A stretch of 64,000 nt of DNA from Takakia lepidozioides (GCA_030704615.1 CM060731.1:44578001-44642000), one strand, 5' to 3'; numbered from the stretch's first letter, positions 1 to 14,489 are shown. Notes: a model not told the origin generated them from the sequence alone. Translations and numbers: made by a program.

Positions 1-613
1 CATGTAGGAGAGGGGATCACATTCCGTGATCAACGATCCCAATTGAGTTTCACCTAGATCAACGATCAGGATTGAGTTTAATCCAAATGGACCTTGAGCT
101 CCGTTTTCTTTAAGGTGGGAGGTTACTTTAAGGTCAATAAATGGTTATGTTAGTTGACTGACATGGTCCATGTTACTATGTTGTTTGATCACTAAAGTGA
201 AGGAGGATGCACACTTTTTGGGCACCTTTGGCTCTAGATAAAGTGTACTTGATGTTCAAAATAGTACCCCCTACTGGTCCATTCAAGGTTATTCCATGAT
301 TTCACATTGAATATTCACCAATATTACAAAATTATTCGGAAATTTTTATTTATTTTTGCATTAAATTTCATTTCTATGTGCCCACATCAGAAAAATATAT
401 ACAACGACACTGCACACCTGAAACTGTACACATTTCTTAAATGATCCATTTTAGGTGTTTCTACCTTATTTTTCAATATTGAAATGGCCATTTGAATAGT
501 TGAAATTTTAATATGATTTAAAGGGCCTCCATCTTTTTCTTTTTTTCTTTTTTTTCTTTTAAGAGTTAGAAAGAACTACACTAGTGTAGCTGGTACTAGA
601 CCCTGGCACATAC

Positions 614-1773
614 CAGTGTTGGGGTATATTGATTTGTTCTACCCTCAGGGTAAGGGTATACATGATTTTGGGGGTCAAACTTATCCTTACGTAAGGGTAT
701 AATCTATTTTTTGAAAACATTTACCCTCCGGATAAGGTTATATATAAATTTTTGGTAAACATTTACCCTCAGGGTAAGGGTATTGGGTGCCACATATACC
801 ATGAGGGTAAGGGTAATTGCAGGATAATGGTACCATATTTATATCCTCAGGATATCCCAGGGTAATAATAAAATAAATTTTTATTATTTTAAATTTAATT
901 TGTGAATTTTATTAAATACTTATAATAAAGCTTCTTTTTTCTGATAAAAGGGACAGAAGCCCTACAAAAACTTTATTGGAGTGGCAAAATGAGAACAGAG
1001 AGGAGGAAAAAATAACCTCCTAAGGTACTGTAAAGGCGTATCACATGGGGAACACCCAGCACTGGTAGGGAGTTGGGGGGGAAAGCAGGAGTTAACTAAG
1101 AACCACTGGGGGGAGGGAATTGCCAAGGGCCTAACCAAGACGAAGCATTTCAACTATATAACATCCCCGTTATATAGATATGCCTTTTATTTATATTTTG
1201 TTTATATTTTATGTGGCTTACGAATAGCAAAATTTTAGCCCTCATTTATGCTCCTCTAATGGCCCTAAAATATAATAACAAAACAACACATTTGATCATA
1301 ATGAGGTCGCTTTTGCACCATAGATAAGAGAATGGCGGGGTACAGAGGAAAGAGAGTGGCAGAGTGGCGGGGGGCTGCCACTAGCACACACTTTTTCCAA
1401 GGAGAGAGTGGCAAGGACTGGTCTTGGAGCACCAGCTGCAACGAGGAAGACCAACGAAGGGGGGGGAAATAAAAAATAAAAAATGCTAGTGTTTGCCCTC
1501 TCTACTAGCAAATACCACACCTAAACCTAAACCCCTAGTAATCAAATTATTATACCCTTCCTTGTTACCTGGCCATTGAACAGATTTACCCTCAGGGTAA
1601 GGGTATCCTTCGAAATTTCAAACCCCAGGGTATAATCCATTAAGGGTATAACAAAAATAATTACCCGTGGTGACAAGGGTAGGGTAAGGGTATTTTGGAA
1701 TTTCCAGGGTAGGGTATATCCATATACCCTTATTGGGGTATAATGGCAGAAAAAGGGTATCCTCCCAACACTG
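614..1773. mobile_element. Non-autonomous hAT-type DNA transposon (MITE-like)
   Basis: TIRs CAGTGTTGGG (614) and CCCAACACTG (ending 1773) are flanked by an exact 8-bp TSD GCACATAC (606-613 and 1774-1781). Many subterminal TACCC/GGGTA(AGGGTA) motifs occur at both ends. No coding capacity. Confidence 0.9.
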
Positions 1774-1980
1774 GCACATACCAGGCTGGTATGACTTTTA
1801 AGAGTTTATTTAATACCATACCAGTCAGATTTTCACTTTGATACCATACCATATACCATACCAGGCTATTAAATTTACACATCATTTGATACCAGTACCA
1901 TACCGGTTTCAATCATTCAACTGCACCCCAATACCTTTACCCCAGTGGTATCAAAAAACCATGATACCAGTCCAACACTG
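1774..1980. mobile_element. Right-hand remnant of an older related hAT-type MITE into which the 614-1773 element inserted
   Basis: Repeated TACCA/TGGTA motifs ending in CCAACACTG (1972-1980), the same terminal motif as the inner element. The left TIR was not found. Confidence 0.5.
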
Positions 1981-3966
1981 GTCATGACTCATGACATATA
2001 TCAATTAAACCTGCCAGCTCTTTAATTCTACTGGGGATTAGATTCCGATTTTGAAGCTCTGTGTAAGTTTTCCTTCTCTAAGTGTGATTTGTTTTTCTTT
2101 TTTCAAAGGAAACCTGGGAGCGACAGCCCACAATTCAGGCCCTTGAGGAGGGGGAATTTTTTTGAAAGAATCTTATTCTATATCTGTTATGATATTAAAT
2201 ATTAGATTTTCTCTAATCCCGACATGTAACACATCTAGGATAGAATGTAGTCGTGTTTTTCTGTTTTCTTTACTTCCCAAGTATAGTCATGATTTGACAC
2301 CCAAAAGAGCTATGTTGTAAAATTTAATAAGTTTATAAAATTTTAGTAAATTTTATTATATTAATAGTAACAGTAATACTGTAAGAACTAATAAGATAGT
2401 AAAATTTAATAAATTTAATAATTCTCCATCTCATTTGGGGTTTATTTTTTTCCCCTCTGCAGATAAGCTTTATCAAAAGAAAAACAATCTCCGTAAATGC
2501 TCTAAGTTTCACCAGATCTAAGTATTGTGCAACTTTCACTGCAGGCAAGATCCATTTGTGCGGTCGAATTAGGCCCTCTGACCGATGTATCACGAGCTCG
2601 CAATGCGCTTTCATCTCCTTCTGTGCTTCTAATCCACTTGGAACTCTGACGCTGACAGAGAATTACAGAGACTGGGACAGCGTGCACTGCTCACTTGTCT
2701 GCACCAAACTCGGTGCATGAAACTCCAGGCACTCGATGAACAATTCATCAATCCTGACCTCCACTTATAATCAACACTCACCGGTTTTATGGGCTACAAT
2801 TTACTCTCAACTTGTATGAGCTGGCCATCTGGTATATCGGCTACTTAAAAGTTAGGCCAACATGTACCTCAATCAAAGATGCTCCGTGGGTGGACTTCAT
2901 TAAAAACTCAAAGCCATGGATACAGTACAAAGTTGAAGTGACATAGAGTGTTCCATCTGTTTTCAAGCAATAAAAACCGACTATCATGTTGGCGAAAAAT
3001 GAAAGCACGCTGTGTGCATTGCATATTACACAGCAGCTACCAAGTTCCAAGCAATTTCCAAGGCCTCCCATCCACCACTCAAGGAAGGTGCCAAGGGGTG
3101 CCATGCAGCATAATCCGACTTATAAGACGGTGGAGTTAATGTGTGAAATGACGGTGGGCAAGTGACGGCGCTCGTGGCACGCAGTTGGATGGCGGTGTAT
3201 TAAAGACTACCTACTCCATCGGCAAAACCATGATTGACAATCAATGATGATCATGTTTAAACCGTCATTTGATTCTGGGGAACCTTATTTTGCACAGCTC
3301 GAGCCTCGCAGATGTCCGTAGAATCTTCGCATGTGCATCTTCCTGGGCAATTGTCCCTCCGACAAGGTTCCCCTGACCACGATATCATCACTGCAAAGAC
3401 ACCAGCCTATTTCTAAGCCATTGGCCGCAGATCAGGCTGCCTGTCACTTCTGACAGTTGACAGTCACCTACTAGCGAACAGTTGATTCGACCTCTTCTAC
3501 ATTGGTAGCCTACGCAGTAAGTGCTGTGCCAGAGCGTCAATGCTGCACTTACTTCACTTTGACTCTCGGTACCTGTGGGCCCTGAATTATAGTAACAGAA
3601 CGATGGCCTGGCCTGCGGTGGTCCTGGGTTCAAACTTCACCTAGACATACCCTTGAGGGACATTATGCCTCACCTTTTCTCTCTTAGTGAAGAACCCAGG
3701 TAAGTAAGAAGCCTGAAAACATTCGAAGGGATGCGTTGCGATGCATGGAAGAGCTAAAAATAGGGATCGTCAGATCAACACGTGTCTCCGCGTTGTTAAT
3801 TATGCGTTTTGTTGTGTAGTTGGTAATGGGACGCTGAGGGCGCGTATATCTAGCGTCGTCCCTCACCACCTTTCCCATCTTCCTCATCTCTCTACTTTCG
3901 AGCTCTCTGCATTCACAGCTCCAGATTCTCGCCCTTGGCGTCTTTGCTTCCCACCACCTCGCGAAG

Positions 3967-4701
3967 ATGAAGTCCACCAATGTTGCTGTATGCTTGGTCT
4001 TCCTCATGGCTCTGGCCATGATGAGTGGGGCGCAGGCGGTCAGCTGCCAACCTACTGTGTTGTTGCCATGCGTGAACGATGCTAAGACCTACAACAAACC
4101 CTCGTCTCCCTGCTGCAAGGCTATCGGGAGCTTGGGAACTGATCTTGCGGGTGCCACATGTCTGTGCAACCTCTTGCACTCTAGCCTCGCTGCTCTTGAG
4201 GGTGTTAACCCGGCAGCCGCTATTGGCATGCCCCACAGGTGCGGGATCACCGTACCATACCACAGCACCTGCCGAGGTTGGATACTCTGCCCAAATATCA
4301 TTTTTCCTGCGCTCTCTAAGTTATACCAATTTTAAGTAGCGTCTCGATGTGTTCCTGGGAGTTGGTTTTTTTTGTTAGCACCCATCTTTTCAGTCAGTGA
4401 CTTTTATACTTTAGGCTCTCCATCGTCACAGCTTAGTTTGACTACCTCTCGCTTGCCGCTCGCTTGTCTGGTGCTGAACCAACCACGGTTTCTTGTCTAA
4501 CGAGTTCAGGTTGTTTAAAGATTTCTGAGAAGTGATTGGGCTACTGGCGGGCTGGGGACATTTCTTAAACTGACGTGTTGTGGTATGGTACTTAGTGTTA
4601 GTGTCCAATGTGATATGCGGCGCTTTCTCTACCCTTGACGCATCACTGACCTTTACGTTAAACGTCCTTGTGCAGGCGTGAAAGTTCCTGGTGGCTGGTA
4701 G
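3967..4701 (+). CDS. Non-specific lipid-transfer protein (8-cysteine motif, type D-like); exons 3967-4276 and 4676-4701
   Basis: Signal peptide MKSTNVAVCLVFLMALAMMSGAQA followed by C-X7-C-X13-CC-X14-CLC-X24-C-X9-C. A GT..AG intron lies 4 nt after the last Cys codon. The spliced C-terminus reads CRGVKVPGGW*. Confidence 0.9.
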
Positions 4702-6451
4702 AGCAGTCCTTTCGAAGTGGACTGAGCTGGGACTTCCTGTTTTGAAGTTCTTTTTCGTAGTGCGTTATGTGTACTGCAATATCGAGTAATCTTTGGCTGC
4801 GTTCAAAGAGCCCGCCGATCTCGCGGGGTAGGATGATTAGCTATCTAGTTGATCCAACTTAGCTTATGTGGAATTAAGAAATGGATCAAACTATGAAATA
4901 CAAGTATTGCCTTTTGAAAGACCTCTGTACGTTGCATTACATCGTTGCGTTTGTCTGAAATGTGTTTTGACTGGCTCGAAGTTGTCTGCCGAGTGACGTT
5001 CCTAAAATCTGCTCAACACAATTCACGTTTTTTTCCTATCGTGCGTACCTATGGCCCACCTACGGTGCCCGGGAAGATCACAGGTGTAGATGTCGGGGTT
5101 TTACAATGCTTCTATAGAGATGTTTCTGTAAAGCATAGATTTGTGTGAAGTGCCTTGTCTGTCTTCTAATTTGTAACTAGAAGGTTGCAATGTGGCTTGC
5201 CCATTACCACGTCATGTTTGTCCCGAATCGTCCAATCGGTGTATGACAGTCTGGACATTTAAGTGGTCCTTCAATCTGCATCTACCAATATGAACCACAG
5301 AAACCTGTTCTTTATGTCTCGTGTTCTTGTCATATAAGCCACCTAGGAAACTTTTGATCTTTTCTTTTCATGACTGCAACTAATCTCACACCCTGAAGAC
5401 ACTCACCAGTGCAGATGACATGCATCCAGATTCAAGTAGCATGCCATTGAAAACCTTTCCCAAATGGACGTAGCTGATGGAGAATCTTCCTGTGCACCAC
5501 TGCTAGCTGCACCACTAATCGTTCCACTGACCGATCGTTCCACTGACCGATAATAAGTAACGTGACTACAAGCATTACAACTCATGTTAGTAATCATGAA
5601 TACTAATCTACAACTTCTCCTTTTCAGATCGGTTCAGCAGTAAGGCTCTGCAACTCTTTATCTTCCCATGCGTTCTGGCCAGTTTTGAGATGGAGAGTAA
5701 TCTCTATGTTCAAATCTGGATCTGCAGGATATGTACATATGAACTTTCCTTTATCTTCTCAGGGTGCTAGCCTTGAGGAGGACAAGGCGGAAGAAGCTAT
5801 GGACCTAGGCTGAGGTGATGATGATTACTGGCGCTATGCTCTTGCAACCACATTAGAGAATGGACTTCCCATTACTAGAACCTCCTAAAACGCTGCCAAC
5901 GAGACAATCTGTTTGGCAGGTGAAGCACATCAATCTGGATGCTTTGAACATCAGCATGCCGGTAAGTCAATGTCTTGCACTAGTCGAAACTATGAACACT
6001 CAAAAACATCACTTCAAGGCACAACAGCTGCAGTCAACCAATTTGTGGCTCATGCCAGATTACAAGAGACCTAGGAGGTCTGGTGAATCGAAAATGTTTG
6101 TCATTGTACTTACTGAGAATTGGAATAAACATACTACAATGTCGAATTGGATAGGTCCAATTGACTTTTGTGAAGATGATAACGATACGGGCAGCACTGA
6201 CAAAATGCTGCAACTCGCAGTATACATCCAGGCTAGCTCGAACCAAAACCTAAGCCCATACCAATTGCAGGGTTTAACAAGGTGTAGCTGGTGATAAAGA
6301 AGCCCAACCGTTACCGATGCAGCAAAATTTCCTATGGATCTGCTATCCCCTTGCCTCTTACTGCCTCTTGAGAGGGTTTCACTGTGCCTAAATTCAATGT
6401 AAGGAACCCCTTCAGTGGTCAAGGTCATGCTATCACTAGTTTAGGTTCAAT

Positions 6452-9400
6452 TTAGGACACCGTATGTGGCCGGAAGGTCGGCTTCCCATTCACCTTCATC
6501 ACATCTTTACAAGCATGCTCAAGCATGGCTAGAAACTCTCTCACAACCACGAACACCTTCAGGGGTTGAGAGTCATCTTTTCCTGCCGAATTACCATAAT
6601 AGTAAATACTGATTCCTTTCACTCCGCTCAAAACCCGATCCAAGTCACCATGCACTGAACCAACCTCCGCTTCAGCCTCCTTCACAAAAGCTCCGATGGT
6701 GTCCCGGAAGACATCATCAGTAAGATCAACTGTTGCCTTTCCAGCCCCACTTTCCAGTGCCCTTTCTGTGGCTGTAAAGCTCTCTTCCTGCAGCATTGTC
6801 TTGATACCCTGTAGTCCACTCACCAGCTTCATTACAGCAACCTTTAGAGAAACAATATCCAGCCCTCCTGCCCTTCTAACATTTGCTAACTCTGTTGGTA
6901 ATCCCACGACCACTTCCACTCCTATCCGCTTATAGTCATCCTCTCCATGCCTGCCTTTGATCTCAACTTCAAGCTGTCCAGCAAGATGTGATAGGGGAGC
7001 GGGTGTGGCAAGAGAAGGGGAGGAGGCCATGCTGCTAGGTCCCGAATCAACATTCTCCAAACGGGCGGCCCGCGCAGCCTCTGCTTTGATGATCTCCTGG
7101 ACGACAAAATGCAAGAGAGTAGTTTTTCCGTCGGTGCCTTTCACATCTGCAAGTTTCAAGAGGTTGTCCAGCTTGAAGGCCTTGGCATCACCACGAAATG
7201 TGCCCATATTGAGGAGATTTCCAGTCTTAAGCACAGCTTCCAGCAGTTTTGTGAATGTCCGACTTCCTTTGAGCTCCTTGCACGCCATCTGCCACACAAA
7301 TACCAAAATTAATGACGAGTCTTGGTTTCATAACTGGTTCTTGGTCTGTTGCTTTGTGTTTCTGCCACGCCACCTGGACACTATAAAGCTTGTACCAAGT
7401 TCCCCTGGACATAGTCAATATCTTTCTTTCTGTCATTTCCCTCACCATTTCATTTCATTTCTCTTTGTTAGCCCTGTGCATGCCATGTGCATGTTGTATT
7501 TTGGTTTTCAAATTCTGCCTCCATTGATGAAATTTCATCTGACGGACAGAACTCTTAAGCCTTTGAAAAGTAGCGATTTCATATGAAAGGCAATTCGTTC
7601 TGCCACATGGTCTTGTAAGCCCCTGATTTCACTGTCAACCATCCAGGAGACTTCTCTAGGTCTTTTATATGTTTTTCTGAATCCACAGAAATTCAGCATA
7701 TGCATGCCCTATAGCATTCAACCATACCACAAAATAAACGCCTTCATCAGAGTTGCCTGTTTTCTTCTGCAAGCAACACTCCCTACCCGTACCCAGCTAC
7801 TAAACGATCTGTAAGAAACCTACTTTATCCCACCTAGTAATCAGGATGTAATGCCCAATGGAGTTTCCCAAGAGGGAACAGCCAATATGCAGTTAAGCCA
7901 TTGGCTCCATTTTTGACAAAACCCAACATCTCTCCTGGTTGTTGCTGCCAAAAACAAATGCAGAATAATATTCCTCCCACAATTGTGCAGCAAAACTCAG
8001 ATTTCAAGCCACTAAATCCATTTTCTGATAAGAGGTGGTTAGAAGCCCAAAGACCCACCTCCAAAATAGTAATGGAATCATGAATCTGGTGAAGCTCTTC
8101 CTTGTATGTGGTCCGATATTGCATTCCGCTAAGTCGTTTGAAAGCATTCGGAACCTCTAGAACTGTCATAAGAAAGCGCTCTGCGGGACCAAGCTTGGTA
8201 TGGTCACCTTTGTACTGCTGCAGCTTCCTTTTCTCATCGTCCGAGGGGGCCATCTTCACCAGTGCGTCCAAGACTTCAGTACTGAGGCCCTCACCTACAA
8301 CCCAGACAATCTAGATAAGCTTTAGGGTAAATCACTCCTGTCCAGACTTCCAGTGATGAGAATGGCTCAATGATAACCAGCCTGCACAATGCTGCTTCCC
8401 AGCAATGACTCCAGGGATGTTCCTTTGGGGGAAAATGTAAGAGATCAACACACTTCCTTAATCTCTCCAAGATGGACAATTAGGCAAGTATGAAAAGAAG
8501 ACTGAAATAGAACTCCTTGAAGCTGACAAACAGTACGTTTAGCTTTTTTCTGTGATATCCAGATAAGTCTACATTATATCAGTAGTTCAGTGCTAGCTAC
8601 AGCATTTCAACACCTGTGGCCATGTGATTAAATACCACTCTAAAATGTGAAAACTCACCCTCCAGTAATGCCTCGCAGACTTCACCCTTTGTTAATCCTA
8701 GTGCTCGTAGCTGAATGGAAAAGTTATGAGCTTTCCTTGCATCCAAAATCGCAGGTGCCCGCCCTGCTGTGGTAGAGGCAGAGGAAGGCCTTTTGGGATC
8801 TTTCTTTCCAGATTCTGGAGCAAATCCAAAAAGAGCCTGCATCACTTCCCGATCCAGCCTGCATGAACCCCAGTCATGCACGTCAGAATGCACTAACCCT
8901 CCTCTTCGGCACAGAAACGTAGCGCATCATCTCCTATCAACACGTTGATGATACAAAGACACAATGCAAAACAAATACTGCATCCCAGAGGCAAAGTTGT
9001 GCATTACAGAATATAAAGACTTACTCAAAGGATTTGCCCAAATTGTCCCACACCATTGAGTGCTCGGGGTCTGCCTTCAACTTATCCCAGTGCAGAGGCT
9101 TCAGCTTCTGTGGAGGTTTTGGTGGTGACTTGGGCTTGGTTACCTGCACCATATTCTGAAGAATCTCTTCTTCACTCAATACCTCCCCCGAGTGGTCTAC
9201 AGAGCTGTTCAGACTAGCACCTGGCTTAGAAACCCTTGGAGGTGGTGCAGGAGGTGGTCTGAAACCACCACCAGCCTTCGGAGCCTTTGATGGCGGTGGT
9301 GGGGGAGGAGGTACTGCCTGACGAGCAGGGGGAGGAGGGGGAGGGGGAGGAGGCGGAGGAGGGGGGCTCCTTGAGAAGCTGGGGGTGGAGGAGGACCTCC

Positions 9401-12400
9401 TCGAGGAAAGTGGGGAGGAGGTGGGGGAGGAGGTGGGCCTCCTTGAAGCAGAAAAAGTGAAGAGGAAGGAGGAGGGACTTGGGAGGTTACGGAAGGGAGA
9501 GCAACAGGAGTCACATGGTTGATACTGCTATGGGCAGTCAGATCTGTCATGGGATTGGATGGAATAGTTCGTTTGGACATCTTATTGATAGGTGGTAAAA
9601 CAGAACTAGGGAGCGGGGAATGAGCTGGATTTGAAAAGTTTGAGGGAAGGGAAGGATTAGTACTTTGGGGTCGCGGTGAGGTAGGAGGGGTTGGTATAAA
9701 AAGGCCGCTACTTGAGTTCAAAAGATCTATTGATGTGTCGAATCCATTCGAAGAGATGTGGTCCATGAAGGCTGGAATATGTGACATCACTCCCTTAGGG
9801 GACTCTGGGGTCTCTTGATGGAGTGCTGAAGCATGAGGAGGGGCAGGGAGAGGGGCTGGGGGAGGAAAAGGAGTAATAACAAAGGTTGACCTTCTAGGAT
9901 CTTCCTTCTTTTCCAAAAAAGAGTCAAGAGCAGGACTCACTTGTCTCTCTTGGATTTGTGGCGATGAAACATGAGTGGATTCCGTATGGTTTTCATCTCT
10001 ATTGAACCAACTCTTGTGAACAGATCGTGTGGGTTTCTCTGCGGTTTGCACATTGACATCAGGATTGATAGGGTCTGCTGCAATTGGAAGAGGTAAAGGG
10101 GGAGGGGCTGGAGAAGGGGCAACAAAGCCGGAGCTCCTGGGATATGACATTGTTTTGAATCGATTGAAGGGACCACATTCCATAGGTGTCTGCTTTCTTT
10201 GCCAGTCAGAATCAGTAGGGCGGGGGTGTATCTGACTGAAAGGAGGAGCAAAGATAAACGGGGACTGAGAGAGGGGAACACTGTGCGAGGTAGAGGACTG
10301 GGAGAAAGGGGGAGGGGTAAGGGCCGAGAGAGGGGTAGGGGCCAAAGTAGGAACCTCAGGTTCAGATGAACTGGGTGGGACTACCTCTTGTACGGAGTGG
10401 GGTGCCGCAGTGCCCTTTTTAAAATATGCAGGTGAAGAGAGACTACGGTTGAACTTCAAACCATCCATGTAGCCAACTGAATCTCCACTGGAAACTGATA
10501 TGTTGTGTCCTCCCAATAAACTCACAAAGTCACCTTCACCTCCTGTGTGTGGTACTAATAACCTCCGAGAATCACCTTCACCTTTGAACGTGCTGGTGGT
10601 TGCTACTTCGGGAAATTGCCCTGATCCCTGTCCAAAGCATGATCCCAAAGTGACAGACCTCCCTCCCATATGAGAACTTTCATCACCCTTCTTGTAGAAA
10701 GTTTCAGATGCTGGTCGCTCCACCTGTTTCTCATCAAAAACTCCTGTCGAAAATGACCTAACCCTCTCCTTGACAGGTAGTTCCACCTCCAAAGCCCATC
10801 TCGCCCCTCTGTGCCCATCCTCTCGCTTTACGAGCTTCTCTGGCGGTTTCCGGGTTGCCAAGCTTTGATCCATTGGGACCATCCCCCCTGATTTGCTGAA
10901 AACCAAGGCAGACTGGAAACTACCGTCAACCAACTTTCTCCGTCTTGATGCTGAGCTTTGCAAGGGGAGAGGTTTCTCCCTGCCTACACCACTTGCCACT
11001 CGTACCCTTCGGTAAAAGAAAAACATTAGAGCAGCCACAGCCAGTGTGACAAATGCAGTCACTATGACTGCAATTGCAACCACATTCAGGCTTGAATGTT
11101 TTGCACTTGGAGTCCCCACTTGCGCTGAGCCTGGGGATTGGCTAGTGCTAGAGAGAGCTGGGCTGGGAGATGGAGACCCAGACCCAGAACCTTTCACCTG
11201 AGTTTCCAACAATTGTGAGACTGCATGGGAAACATGGAATGAATTGGAGCTTGTTGAGAGGTATGGAAATGAAGCAGGCTGAGAGGAACCAAAAAGGGTA
11301 CCAAGGCTCCCCTTCAACCCATCACCTAATGAAGAGAAACAACCAGATAATTTAGGTAGTTTAGAAACTAATAGATAAGAATGCTGGGATTGTAAGGAAG
11401 CCTGACGCTTCCCGGCTGTAGCATCCCCACTTAGACTGGCCCCATATAACCCCATAAAACTTGGTGATTGTGGAGATGGATTTGTTGTTTCTCTTTCTTC
11501 TTGCAATGTACGATGTATCCCCTGCAAAATGAAATCAACCAGTAACTATCCTTCTCCAACTATCCTATGCCTACCAGTATTGTACTTGTGTCCAACTGAC
11601 ATAGTAAAATTGTGTCTTTCCTCCACCATTGGGGCCCATGTACATTATGAAGTTTCTTTCTTTCTTTCTCTTCCGTTCATCTTGAAGAGCACCAACTGCT
11701 GGATTTGCATCAGAATGAGGAATGCCACTGGACCACATAACACCTCACAGAAATTTCAGCATTACTTACTGTATGAAACTATCACTTGTCCCTTTGTGGC
11801 TGCTTCAATTCTTTTTTATGCGCGGTGGCATTCTTACAGCTGTTTCCTTGAAATGCTTTGTCAAGGGATTGCACTCTCAGACCTTTAAAATAATGTTCTA
11901 AGGGACCACCACGCCAACTACGGTTGATTTGGAGAATTCCGCTTTCTACAAGAAGCACCATATACAATGGAAAGCTCCTACCACAGGCTCATTCCCAATA
12001 GTCCTTCAAGAACCTGGAAAAGTATTGAATCTGAAGAGGGATCGAATTCCACATATTTGATCCGTCAAGCCGAAATTGGTGTAGGGGTTGAGTTGGTGGA
12101 TATTGCAATCAGCCTTAAGGTATCGACCCCATTAAACAATCCATTCGAAGAATGCTTCGTTCAATAACCCTAAAATACTTATGTTCCCGCTTCTCTTACT
12201 GCTGTAAACCCAGATTTATCAAAGAGTGAGAAGTTTAGACTCCGTGACAGCAGTCTATGCTGCCAAACTAGTTCAATTAGAAAAGAGGACTGTTTGATTT
12301 GATAAAACCGTTTCATATATTGCAGAATCGCTAAGGGAAAAAAAAATTACCTCTTTTGCATTAGTACCGGCAAGTTGGGCTTGCTTTGTCGTCCGCGCGT

Positions 12401-12752
12401 CCTCCCTCCATCTTCTCCTCAATAATTCGCCTCTATTTTCAATACTCTCCAAATTCTTCAAGCGAGCTTCACAGTCAAGTCCACATTTTGACCTTTCCGA
12501 CTTCCTATTCATGTCATGCCCTCGAAGAAGAGCTAGAGAATAACCACTGGTTTTGTTCGAAAAATATCCTCGAGTGGCTCCATCCTCCCCAGGAGAAGCT
12601 GCTACAGTTCCATCTCCGTTCTTTCCGTATCGATCAGCTTCAATTGCCTCTGCCAAAAACTCGGAGGGATACAGGAAGTTGAAATACAGGTAAATTAGCA
12701 ACAAGATGATTCTCCAGAGCTCTATAGCCCGTCCTTTGCACAATCTCCCCAT
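6452..12752 (-). CDS. Class I formin (signal peptide, TM helix, Pro-rich FH1, FH2); exons approx 12752-12351, 11521-9025, 8858-8659, 8294-8059, 7288-6452
   Basis: FH2 motifs KLKPLHWDK, ILDARKAHNFSIQL, LVKMAPSDDE, LEAVLKTGNLLNMGTFRGDAKAFKLDNLLKLADVKGTDGKTTLLHFVV and FVVVREFLAML. TM segment VVAIAVIVTAFVTLAVAALMFFFYRR. GT-AG junctions keep frame. One frameshift at the G6 run 9361-9366. Confidence 0.92.
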
Positions 12753-13689
12753 ACCCAAACATCAAATCTGTTTCTCCTCTCTTTGTCTATAACTCAACCC
12801 AAATCCTTCAATCCCCTGTTTTCAGTCTGTGTGCAACTATGTGACTGTGGGTGCGAGACAAGCAGACGACGACAAAGTCAATCTCGCACCACCCCTGCTG
12901 CTCTTTAGTCATCCAGGCCTCACTACATTCGTCCACAGATAGCCCGAAAAGTCCCATCTAAGAGGTACATTCATCCATGGGCTAACGCGGCACCCACAGA
13001 CCAACTCCCTTCTATGTACCTTCACAGTTGTGAAAGTCAGACGCAGGACTCGACGGAATTTCCTTTTTTCGGGCCTTTTTCCCACCCTGTCGATTTCGAT
13101 ATTTCCAAGATATTGAGTATTGTTTTATTGGAGTACATATGAAAGCTTCTTAAAACAGTAAGGTTCCTATGTTGTACCTTCTTATAGCCCATAGTGCCAG
13201 CTACATCTGGTTTTGCATTTGTCCTAAAGTTGTGGTTGTAACTCAGATGACATTGATAAAGAGAGGACTGGGGCTAGGCCAGCCAGCGCAACTAAGAGCC
13301 ATTTCACCTTGCGGCTACTATCTAGGGTTGGCTCTTGTAAGTAGTATTATATGAACGCGATGTGAAGAAGTTGCATACCTATATCATTTGGATCATTGAA
13401 CGCTCATTTGGATCACTGAACGCGTTGGATCTATAGTAGTACCTCAAACTCAAAAGGAAAATATGGACGTATGAATCGTTCATTGGCGTGCCTAAGGGCA
13501 AAAGACTACATAATGGTTTCTCCCTGCTTGTCACTGGACCCGCTTTTGTTAGCTCTGTCCCTTTAGGGCATAGACTTTGCATCATGTCGAAGTCAATGGA
13601 GAAAAAATGGTCAACTTACACCATGTCAAGACTATTATTGGTTTACAATGTATGTTACATGTGATGAGCTATGTTTACAACATGTCAAG

Positions 13690-14040
13690 ACCGTCATCAA
13701 TATATGAAGCGAGACGTTTGTTTTGGTTTGTTTGGTTTTGTTTATTTTGTTTTGTAGATTTGAGATGTCCCAAACCGCGGGCCGGCGTTGGTGCTTGGTA
13801 CCGTTGGAAAGCCCTCAAGGAGGAGGGGGTGCACGGGCTTGGTCTCACGAGTTTTGGACCTGTGGTGTGGGAGATGTGGAATTTCAAGTACTTTGGGTCA
13901 CTCGAAATTCACGAAAAATTGCAAAGTGGGCATTCCTGGCACAATGGATGGAGCCTTGAGAGGAGAGATATCAAGGGAAAGGTCTCTGGTTCAAATCTGG
14001 TCGTAGCTCTGTGGAAAAATAATGCATTTGGACTTAGATG
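13690..14040. repeat. Fragment of a dispersed non-coding repeat (TE-derived)
   Basis: The segment GGTGCTTGGTACCGTTGGAAAGCCCTC..GGGGTGCAC resembles a dispersed repeat I recall from bryophyte genomes. No termini were identified. Confidence 0.3.
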
Positions 14041-14489
14041 ACATTGGACCCTTGGGCCAATGGCAGAGGCTATCCTTGAGGTCGCACTTGGGCCTCCACA
14101 TAGGAGACGCATACATAGGAGATTGCACTTGGGCTTAGATGACACTTGGGCCAACCGCACAGGCTACCCTAGTTGGTCTAAATGATCAACTAACTTTCCA
14201 GTGTGTAAAGACTGGGATTGGCCTAAAAAAAATCTTAAATCTAAATTATTTTGTAAACATGTCATTGCCAAAATCCCTATTAACTTAAAAGTTTGTACAA
14301 GTATGCACTAATTTTATATTATGTTAATTGTGATTTTGTTATTAACTCATGCAAAAGCTTCAAAGTGTTCAGTCATATTATCAATTCAAATGATTGATAA
14401 ACGAATAAAAATATATATATTATTTTATTTAATATATAAAACAGATATATATATACATATATTATACTATACATATATTAATGTTATAC

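Noticed and set aside
1519-1540. Telomere-like AAACCCTA motifs (also ~30495-30512)
   Set aside because: Only 2-3 imperfect units inside TEs; not an interstitial telomere array.
5860-6294. 144-aa ORF between nsLTP and formin
   Set aside because: No recognisable domain or splice structure; probably overlaps the formin 3' UTR.
6957-7586. 209-aa plus-strand ORF and other ORFs antisense to formin, CACTA transposase and GCM ORF
   Set aside because: Shadow frames opposite recognisable genes, with no motifs of their own.
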